A stretch of 64,000 nucleotides of DNA, from positions 11,718,001-11,782,000 of the forward strand of contig NC_043009.1 of NCBI RefSeq assembly GCF_006345805.1, given 5' to 3'. Positions 42,198 to 54,100 of the stretch are shown here, piece by piece. Both the position numbers and the translations under genes were made by a program. The DNA is from Octopus sinensis (Eukaryota). The first letter of the stretch is position 1, and every line of letters starts with the position of its first letter. The notes under the pieces are model-generated. The model was not told where the DNA came from. It was given only the letters and a program-made list of their open reading frames with translations, and made no database searches.

Positions 42198-45100
42198 AAT
42201 AAGCAACAAGGATATCCAAGGTAGTGTAGTACAATCGTTTCATGCTACTTCATTTTATTAAACACTGTAAGTATTACATCAGTTTTAAAATGTCAAGCAA
42301 TCTTCAGCCATATATAGATTTTGTAGTACACTACCTTGGATATCCTTGTTGCTTATTTTGATAATAATCACCCCATTTGATTTATATGGATAATACCATA
42401 CAAAATTCTGGCACCTTTAACTCAAGTACCATATTCATCTGAATCTAAATTTTACTGAATATATAATATATACAATAAAGGGAATAAGAAACCAAACTGA
42501 CCTCTTCCTCACTCTCGCTCTCACTGTCATGAGTTGGGTCAATACTCAAAAAGAACTTCAAGGCGGCTACCATTATCTGCAAAAAGAAATACCAAAGTAA
42601 ACTATATATATATATAATGATAAACCATGTGTGAGAAAGTATATTAAAGTAAATGTTTTGTCTGTGAAATGTTTGTAGGCACAGGGATGGCTGCATGGTG
42701 AAGAAGCTTGCTTTGTAACCATGTGGTGTCAGGTTCAGTCCCACTGTGCAGCACTTTGGACAAGTATCTTCTGCTATAACCTGAGTGAATCTGGTAGATG
42801 GAAATAGTGGTATAACCGAGGGCATCCAGCCATAGAAATCATACCAAAATAGGCAACTAGAGTCTGGTTCAGCTCTCTGGTTTGTCAGCTACTGTCGAAT
42901 TCGTCAAGCCATATCACACACACACACACGTCATATTTTGACATGTGTGTGTGTGTCTTTGTGGTTGTTCCCTGCCACTGTTTGACAACCAGTGATGGTT
43001 TGTTTACATCCTCATAGTTTAACAATTCAGCAAAAGAGGCTGATAGAATAAGAATCAAATACAGAATACTGGGGTTCAATTTGTTTGAATAAACTCTTCT
43101 GGGTAGTGCCCCAACATGGCCATGGTGCAATACATAAGTAAAAAAAAATTAAAATTCCAGTTACATCGTGTTAAGCATGTGAGAAATAAACTTCACTTCT
43201 GCATAGGATGCTGAACTGTCAAAGACAATATTCGGTGCACCTTTGGCAGATTACTTCAGGTTACTTTTTAAATTATTTTGTACATAATTAGCATTGCAAT
43301 TATATATATATTTTAAATTCTTACTATTTTTGAGACTCCCTTCGGTCATGATTGACCGTGGGATTGCACCTAGAAAGTTTACACTCCCAGGTACAAGCCC
43401 GGGCAAGGTTGTTTATGGAAGACCAGCCGTCACCCATGCATACCAGCCTCCCCTCTCTACGCCACCAGTGTTATTCAAGGGAAAGGCAAAGGGGCCGATA
43501 CAGCTTGGCACCTGTGACGTTGCAACCCATTTCTACAGCTGAGTGAACTGGAGCAATGTGAAATAAAGTGTCTTGCTCAAGAACACAACCTCACAATCGT
43601 AGGCTCGACGCTCTAACCACTGAGCCATGCGCCTTCACATTTTAATTTAATAATAATAAAAATAAGCACATAGATCACCCACCAAAGTAAATTTGCTCAC
43701 ATAGATCTAACATGGTAGCACTAACTAAAAAGTAACATAAAGTAATCTCCCTTTAAATTGTAGATCAGATGGCAAATAGGCCCGTTTCTTTTCCTTGAGA
43801 AATGATGTGAATTTAGTGCTGGTTTCTTGTAAAAATGTAACTGCCTTCGTCTCGTTGTTGATCACATTGTAAAAAAAAATCTTTAGCCAAAATCTTATGG
43901 GTTTTTCAGAAATTGAAACGTTGACTGAAAAGTACTCCCTGGTAGCTCACTTGCCAAAGGAGCACCCAATATTCGTTAATGATCTGATGGTTAATTCCAT
44001 CAGAAAGAAATGGTTAAGGAACTTGGTTATCGATGTACTGAACGGCAATTCGTAAGTAACCAGCTCGGCTAAATTAGAGCTTTGTAAACCCAGCAAAACA
44101 TAGGAAAGAAAGGAAAAAGAAGTATTGAATTAGAAATATTTGTGATGAGTTAAGGTCAACCATTAGTCCTTTAACTTGCCAGATCCTGTCAAACCGTCCA
44201 ACGCATGCCAGCTCGGAAAACGGACATATGATGATGATGATGAAAGTAATTAATCTTTGATTACTACTCTTGGCAATAATACAGAAATCTAGGATCTTTT
44301 CGGTTTGAACGGCAGTTTTTAGCATAATTTCTAGGTAACTAAAAAATTTTAAACTTCCTATACTGGTAGAATGTGTTTATGAAACATCTTTTTCTCTTAG
44401 CTTTATTGAGAAAATTCTATAGTTTGTAAGATATTTGTTATTTTTTTTCTTCAATTTCTGCAATTTCAACCAATCAATGACGTCAATTGAGGTAAAAAAA
44501 CAAACATTCTGTGCCGTATGAATATGTCCCTCGTTTAAGAAACACATTGGGTTTATTTACATTTCTGAAGAAAAAAAGATACCCTTCCCCCACCCCTAAC
44601 ACCGATTGAAATGCAATAGATCGATTCTAGGGTCATAATTATGGGTGACAATTTCATATGACACTGCTAGAAAAAACTGCCGTTCAAACCGAAAAGGTCC
44701 GAAATCTATGCTTCACTGAAGAGCCATCTCCTGTATTTACATAAAGGCTGAAAATATTTGTAGTCATTGAGCTAATAATTTTTTTCTAGACACCGCATAA
44801 ATATTTTTAAGTGGGTAACGCTTTTAACATTATTGTTAATCTGTATTTGAATGTCTAGAAACTTCAATGAAAACAGTTTTCGTGTAAGTAATTTTTACAT
44901 CTACGTCCGGGTTTATACATGTACAGAAATCTGAATTTGAAATAGCAAGTATTGTACAGTCCCGTAGCTGAAATGACTGTTTTTTGCTCAGGAGAAGTGT
45001 TAAAAAAAATATTTTGTATATCATATAGCTAGAATTTAATGAGTTATTTCCCTTTACGCAAGGGAATTAACTCTGACACATCACAATTCCTTTCAGTAAT

Positions 45101-48100
45101 TACCATACCAAATAAATGATACCTGTTCCTTACAAATAAACTATTTATCTTCTTTTTTTAAAGATATCTTGTAAATGCTCAAATGGGTTTCTGATGTGTA
45201 TCCTATATTTATTTTAAAAATCACAAAATATAGATAGAAAAATTAAAGGCACATTAAAGGCATTTCTTCCAGATCTTTCCATTATAAGTTCAAATCCCAC
45301 TGTGGTTAACTCTGACACATCACAATTACTTTCAGTTACAGGTTATCCAAAATATTTCCCATAAGGAGGAACTGTAAGGATTAAAGAGGGAAAAAAATGT
45401 CGCCTAATAGAGGTGACCTTTTCCCAGAAAGAATTTCATTTTGAATCCTTTTTTTTTCTTTCAATTAAAATTGCTTCAAATTTAGGCACAAGGATAGCAA
45501 TTTTAGGGGAAGAGGGATGACCAGTAGATTTAGCCATCCCAGTATTTGACTGATTCTATATCTTATCATTCCTGAAAGAATCAAAGACAAAGTTAACCGC
45601 AGTGGGATTTGAACTTACGATGGAAAGAGCTGGAAGAAATGCCTTTTTGTTTATTATTCTTCTATCGATATTTTGTGATTTTTAGCCGTTTGCCAGCCTC
45701 CTCTTGCCCCTGTGCCGGTGGCATGTAAAAAGCACCCACTACACTCACAGAGTGGTTGGTGTTAGGAAGGGCACCCAGCTGTAGAAACTTTGCCAGATCA
45801 GATTGGAGCCTGGTGCAGCCGCCTGGCTTTCCAGACCCCAGTCGAACTATCCAACCCATGCTAGCATGGAAAGCAGACGTTAAACGATGATGATGATGAA
45901 ATGATTTCATTTTTATTCTTCAGTATCTCTGGTGAAGTTGCAATCACTTCTGAAAAAGGGGGTAAAGTTTAAGACAATACAATTTTCCCCTCTTATCTTT
46001 ACCCAAGATACAAATAGTTACAGACTAGACTATACCTGTAGGCAAACAACCTACTGACCACTGATCTGCAATGGTTTTATTCAATACAAACTCATCTGAG
46101 CTGGTTAACTGCAAGACCAACAGAAATATATATACATACATATATATATATATACTTTATTTAAAAGCAACAGAAATATAACAAAAGCTGTTACTCAGAG
46201 TTTCACCTTCCCGTTCGGCGGACAGTTTTGTTGAAAAAAACAAAAACTGTCCAACGAACGGGAACATGAGACTCCGAGTAACAGCTTTTGTTATATTTCT
46301 GCTGCTTTTAAATAAAGCATATTACTCTACCTCTGGTATTTGAGTACTCTTTTTTCCACCTTGTTTCACATTTATGTCTCTACTCCGGTATATATATATA
46401 TATACAACTAATGACTATTACAAAATAGCAGAGGTGTCTGTTACCTTGGTTACTTTTGAGAAACATGCTGTGCTGATAACATTGACTGTTTTGGCATCTT
46501 TCCATGTGTTTCTTCGATACAGCTCAATCATAACATCCTGCAAAATAAGAATCAAATATTAACTGACTTGAGTGTATACATGTATTTAGTATAGAATCCA
46601 AACAGAACACAGCAGATACTAAAGAAAGATGAGAAGTACCGTCAGAGAAGTAGCTCTTGTAATTACAACAGAATAGACAGAAAATGGATATGGTTTGCAG
46701 ATGTTTAATCAAGTGTCAAAAAAGACAAAAATTGCATGTAAAATGCATGCAGCAGCTAATGTATTTCCCAATATCATTGCTAAAAATATTTATTTAAGCT
46801 TGCATTTTTGAAAGTAAAATATTTCTTATTTAAAAAAAAAACCCCAAAAAGATGATTATCTATTTAAAAGTTATTTTGCAAGAGAAATTTATGAAAGGAG
46901 ACATGTGACTCTCCTACAAGAATAGTTAATCAAAATGAAACCAGCTCAATGTAAAGATGTATTATGATGTTAAATATGGAATCTTTGACATAGGAAATCA
47001 CAGGTCAACAAGAGTGCTGCTCCTTATACTCTTTACTTGTTTCAGTCACTTGACTGCGGCCATGCTGGAGCACTGCCTTTAGTCGAGCAAATCGACCCAG
47101 GGACTTATTCTTTGTAAGCCTAGTACTTATTCTATTGGTCGCTTTTGCTGAACTGCTAAGTTACAGGGACGTAAACACACAAGCATCGGTTGTCAAGCAA
47201 TGTTGGGGGACAAACACAGACAAACATACACACACACATATATATATATATATACATATATACGACAGGCTTCTTTCAGTTTCCGTCTACTAAATCCACT
47301 CACAAGGCTTTGGTCGGCCTAAGGCTATAGTAGAAGACACTTGCCCAAGGTGCCACGCAGTGGGACTGAACCCAGAACCATGTGGTACGTAAGCAAGCTA
47401 CTTACCACACAGCCACTCCTATGCCTATATGAGTATTATAGAGAAATATGTTTAATTACACTGAGAAGAAAAGAGACCAGTAGATATGAATAAGATGGAT
47501 GGTGTGGAATTCCAAGTTTAGTTATGAATTAGAAAACAACATGACCTAAAGACTGATGAGATTTTATGATGGATAAATTTATCAAACCAGGTAATTTTAA
47601 TGCATTACTTTTGATACAGGAAGTGTGCTTCAGGTAGGAAAAAAAAATATTTTTTAGAAATAGCAAACAGATTTCAAAAGGTTTTAAGAGAGAGAAAAAG
47701 TTCTTATAAACATACCAGAGACTTTTTAGCTGCAATTGCATTGCTGTCCTTCAACATGTCATACATGAAATTTTGCAAAGTCTGAGGAGAAAATAAAAAT
47801 ATAAATTCTATTAGAGTTTGAATTCTTCATATATATGTACAGGAAATGCTGAGTTAACCCTTTAGTGTTCAGATTACTCTGTTAAATGTAATACTTTTTC
47901 ACTCAAATTGTTTTGAATTAATCATACATTATCTCATAGCTTTGAGGTTTCAATGATGTGATTGTCTATTTTTAGAATGTCAATGTAGGTTAGGTGTAAG
48001 AGGCTGGATATGGCCAGTTTGAATATAAAACATGTAGAATATTTGGACAGGATATGGCCGGTTTAAACACTAAAGGGTTAAACATGCAATTGAAAGACGT

Positions 48101-51100
48101 AGGCACAAAAGTAATATACTTAATATTTCCAATTACTTTTCTCAATCATATTTATGTTCCACTTAGCACTGAAAGGGCCCCTTATCATAATAGTGATCCT
48201 TCTCTCCCTCTTGCTAAGCAGACCCTCTTTCTCTTAAGTGTTATTCTGTGTATAATCAATTGGATGAGATATGATACTATATGGAACAATTACCAATCTT
48301 AAAATCTGGACTACTCACTATAAATTACTCAGCTATTACAACCCAAATCGTAATGATTAATGACTAATGATTATTTTCATTATGCTGAAAATATATTCGA
48401 TTGACTTCAGTGAGTTACTAACAAATATTTTACCTTTTTCAAAAAGATGGTTAATAAAAGTAAGACTTGTAAATGTCAGCTATGCAGCAGTTCTATACCC
48501 ACAAAGAAAAACAATAATCTGTAACACACTAAAAATAATGGTTTCTTGAACTAATATTTCTTAAGGATATAATACTGAATGGTATCCATGCATTTCTTTA
48601 AACATTAGCAATACAAAAGACACGAAATTCCAGTTACAACCAGGAATCAATATTTTCATAGACTGAATCCCTGAAAACTTCACAACTTTGTAACACCCTC
48701 AACTTGATAACTAAAACATCAATATTATTTTTTACTTAGAGCCAAGTGACTAATTAACCCTTTCGTTACCAACCCAGCTGAAACTGGCTCTGGCTCTTTA
48801 GTATAAACTAGCACTATGACCCGGCGTTGCTGGGTCATAATGCTAGTGCATGCATATAAAGATGCATGCGTGCACACATACACGCGAGTACTGTCCAAAT
48901 CTCCGACCAATCACATACAGCTAGCTGGCATTCAATTGGCGTATCAAGTTTCAGGCATTTTGATTGGGTTTTGGATAGAAAATTCACAAAAACAGTCACT
49001 TCTATTGATTTTTTAATGGCTTTGCAGGGTGACTGGGGAAATGTAAAGATGTGCACGACCAACCTTGGACGGTTTTGAATGACCATAGAAAGTGCGAGCC
49101 TTCTAACTGACAAATTGTGGATTTGTATAAAGGACACACACACACACACACACAGACATTTTGCCGTTTAAATATAGAGAGATGTCTTGTTTTCATAAGT
49201 TTTGAATTAAAATCTTCCACCAAATCTTAGTCACAATTCATGTTCCTAACACTAGCTGAATGATAACGATGTCATTTTACTAAATTCTTTGTTATATTTA
49301 AAATAATTGGAAAAAGCACAGAGCATCTCAAAGTAAATACAGTAATGAAAGGGTTTAAAGAGAAGGAAAAGACACAGTTGACATTTTTACTTACCCTGTT
49401 CAATTTGCCATTTTTATGTTTGGCATTTACATTGTAGATATCTGATACAACATATGAATAAAGGGTTTTTCGAAGAAGTTTGTCCGAGCAGATGAAGAGT
49501 TGGAAAAACAGTTGCAACAGATCTACACCTGATATCAAACTTTTATTCCTTAAAAGAATTAGGGCACGGCAAAGGGACTGTGGAAAAAGAAAACAGACAT
49601 TTCATTTAGTCATGCATGTGCATAAAGAACGTGAAATGGGAGAATCCTGGCAAATTAAGGTTAAATCTATGACCATCATTATCATCACTATCATTTTAAG
49701 AATTATTCGGATCTTTTCAGTTTGAACGGCAGTTTTTTAACATAATTTCCAGGTAACTAAACACTTTTAAACTTCGTATACTGGTAGAATGTGTTTATAA
49801 AACATCTTTTTCTCTTGGCTTTATTGAGAAAAATTCTATAGTTTCAATTTCTGCAATTTCAACTAATCGATGATGTCTATTGAGGTAAACAACATTCTGT
49901 GCCGTATGAATATGTCCCTCGTTTAAGAAACAGATTGGGTTTATTTACATTTGTGAAGAAAAAAAGATACCCCCCGCCTAACCCTAACCCTAAAACAGAT
50001 TGAAATGCAATAGATCGATACTAGGGTCATAATTATGGGTGACAATTTCATATGACACCGCTAGAAAAAACTGCCATTCAAACCGAAAAGATCCAATTAT
50101 TCTTCCATGTATGCCAGCATCAGCTAAAGGAAGAAAAGCAAAGTTGATCTTAATGGATTTGATTTCAGAATTCCCTATGCCAAGTGCAGGAACTAATACT
50201 GCAAGACATTTTTCCCTGATAATCTAACAATACTGTCATTCCATTACTGTGACTAATAACCATGACGATAATAATGATTTGTTGCACTGGTGTGAAGGCC
50301 ACAAATTTCAAAGCAGGAGACATCCATTTCATCAATTACAACATTTAACATGCCTTGCTGTGACTTGAACTCCCAACATAAAGACATGCAACTAAATACA
50401 AAATGTTCTATCAAACCCACTAACATTTCTATTCCACTAACATTTCTATTCCAGAAGCAGAGACACATGGATTAGTGGACTCATGATCATAAGATTGTGG
50501 TTTCAATCCCTGGACCAGTCGACGTGTTGCGTTCCTGACCGAAACACTTCATTTCATGCTGTTCCAGCGCTCTCAGCTGGCAAATACAAGTAATCCTGCA
50601 GTGGACTGCTGTCCCGTCCAGGGGGAAAATATGTTTATCATGGAAACTGGGAAATCAGCCCCACTAACAATAATGATTTTCTTCAATAACATGTGGCCAT
50701 AAGATTGTACCAAAGAAATGAAGTTGACTTAAATGATTGCTGTACATAAATGTTACATTCTGGAAGGATTTGAATTCAGAACACAGAGTGGGATAAATAG
50801 TTACTACATGATATGGATCTTTTCGGTTTGAACAGCAGTTTTTTCTAGCGGTGTCATGAAATTGTCACCCATAATTATGACCCTAGAATCGATCTATTGC
50901 ATTTCAATCTCTTTTAGGGTTAGGGGTGGTGGAAGGGTATCTTTTTTTCTTCACAAATATAAATAAACCCAATCTGTTTCTTAAACGAGGGACATATTCA
51001 TACGGCACAGAATGCTTTTTTACCTCAATAGACATCACTGATTGGTTGAAATTGCAGAAATTGAAGAAAAAAAAACAACAAATATCTCACAAACTATAGA

Positions 51101-54100
51101 ATTTTCTCAATAAAGCCAAGAGAAAAAGATGTTTTATAAACACATTCTACCAGTATCCGAAGTTTAACATTTTTTAGTTACCTAGAAATTATGTTAAAAA
51201 CTGCCGTTCAAACCGAAAAGATCCCATGATATTATTCTGGTGAACCATAATTTTTACCACACTGATCCCATGTAATAAAAGTAAATAAGTAAAATTTCAG
51301 AAAATAGATTTAGAATTAAGTAATATTTGTAGCCACTTTAACATGGCTGTCTGTCTGAGCAGACTCTACTGCGATTTTTTAACCCCAAGAGGACATCTCT
51401 AGCTGGTTAACGATGCACAGCTGCATACGATAAATTTGCAAGCAAGGGAGTGTACCCCAACCATTACCTAGCAACAGGACCAGTAGAACAGTCCTAGTTT
51501 CGGGTTATTTGTGGCATTCCTCAGTGCTGGACACCTTGTCTGCTAGAGGGATGGCAGTTCACTTCTGCACGCAATATATATCATCATCATCGTTTAACTT
51601 CCGTTTTCCATGCTAGCACGGGTTGGACGGTTTGACCGGGGTCTGGGAAGCCAGAGGGCTGCACCAGGCTCAAGTCTGATCTGGCAGTGTTTCTACAGCT
51701 GGATGCCCTTCCTAATGCCAACCACTCCATGAGTGTAGTAGGTGCTTTTTACGTTCCACTGGCACAGAAGCCAGTCAAGGCAGCGCTGGCATCGGCCACG
51801 TTTGAATGGTTCTTTTTACGAGCCACCAGCACAGGTATCACAGCTACAATTTCCATTTGATATTTATTTTGATGTTGATATACTTGACTCAATAGGTCTC
51901 CACAAGCACAGCAGGTCATGTGCCACCGGCACAAGGGAAATATATATATATATAAAATTGCAAGCAGGGGAGCATACCCCTACCGTCACCTAGTGACAGG
52001 ACCATATAAAATAGATACAGACTTACCATTCTTATAGTAGGGTCCAATACCGTAGAATGTCTCAAAAGCAATTCTTTAAGTTGCTGGGGGAAATCAGTCA
52101 GATGCTCTGCATAACAATGTGCTACCTGTAACAAACCAGAAACAAAAACATGCCAAGGATGTTAAAATTTATCATCAGCAGCATCATTTTAATATTCACT
52201 AGCACTATGACCCAGCGTTGCCGAGTCATAGTGCTAGTGCATGCATATACAGCTGCATACGTGCGCACATACACGCGAGTACTGTCTAAATCTCCAACCA
52301 ATCACATACAGCCTGCTGGCATTCAATTGGCGTATCAAGTTTCGCGCATTTTGATTGGGTTTTGTATAGAAAATTCACAAAAAAGTCACTTCTATTGATT
52401 TTTTAATGGCTTTGCGGGGTGACTGGGGAAATGTAAAGATGAATGACCATAGAAAGTGCGAGCCCTCTAACTGAAAAATTGTGGATTTGTATAAAGGATA
52501 CACACACACACACAGACAGACATTTTGCCGTTTATATATATATAGAGAGAGATGTTTCATACTGAGTAACTATGGAAAGTCTTCTCTCATTGATTCGTAT
52601 ACAAAACCTTTTGTGTACCCTTTCAATTAAATGTTCACACGTCTGCCTTATCTACCAACCACTGGTTCATATTTAAAGCCCAGTTGCTTCATTTTGCAAG
52701 TACATGGTTTGGGGTTGAGTCTCATTGCATGGCACTTTGGGCAAGGGTTTCCTACTTTAGCTCTAGGCTGACCAATGCCTTGTGAGTGAATTTGTTAGAC
52801 AGCGAATGTTTGAAAGCCTGTCATTTTTTGGGGTGTGCCCACCTTGGCATCCAATGATGGCTTGTTTATATCCCCACAAATAAGCAGTCTGACAGAATAA
52901 ATATCATCATCATCATCGCTTAACATCTGCTTTCCATGCTAGCATAGGTTGGACGATTTGATTGAGGACTGGCGAACCAGATTGCTGCACCAGGCTCCAA
53001 CCTTGATCTGGCAGTTTCTACAGCTGGATGCCCTTTCTAATGCCAACCACTCTGAGAGTGTAGTGGGTGCTTTTACGTGCCACCAGCACGAGGGCCAGAC
53101 TTTATAAAATAAATAGAGAGGCTAGTCTGTTTGACTAAACCCTTCAATGTGGTGCTACCACATGGCTGCAGTCCAATGACTGAAACAAGTAAAAGAAACA
53201 ACTACTTACATCCAGAAAACCTCAAATGCGCAAAAAAAAATTAAAATAGCTTCCCGTGTAAGTTCGCAAGTCACTCAGCAACCCACTCCAACCCATGGCT
53301 CATGGAGTGTTGTCTTCTCTCCCAGCTTTTTGTACCATTATTACATGGTCTCTACACATAAAGTCCTTTCCATCACTTCTCTCCCTCTTTTTCCCATTAC
53401 CCTGAAGCATGCCCAACCACCCCTAACCCTAACTCTGCGCTAACCACTACACCAAATCCTTTCTTCCCAGAGCATCCTCTCAAATTCCTTTTTTGTCCGT
53501 CTCTTCTCTGCAGTCATTGATTTGTAACATAACCTGCATTGATCTCACTAGTCTCAGAGTACTTGTAAAAGCTTATAACCTTTTCCTCTAGAGCAGTGGT
53601 TCTCAATCAGGGTCCGTATATGATTTTTCAGGACCAACACAAGCAAAATAATAATTTGGAGTTCCCCAGTAGTATTTTAGGGGTCCCAGAAAAATTTTTG
53701 CTTCAGATGTATTTATTGCAAGAAACTGCTAGGTTTCTTTCTCTAACATTTTACAGAGTTCAACTTACACAAGTTGATGTGTGAATAACAAAATAGGAAT
53801 TTGGAAAGAAGTTTTTATAAAACTAGTTTTTAAACAGTGAATGGCTAATGAGGGTCCATCATCATCATCATCGTTTAACGTCGCTTTCCATGCTAGCATG
53901 GGTTGGACGGTTCGACCTGGGTCTAGGAAGCCAGGAGGCTGCAGTCTGATCTGGCAGTGTTTCTACAGCTGGATGCCCTTCCTAATGCCAACCACTCTGT
54001 GAGTGTAGTGGGTGCTTTTTACGTGCCACAGGCGAGGCTGGCAACGGCCATGATCGGTTGGTGCTTTTTACGTGCCACCGGCACAGGTGCCAGGGGAGGC

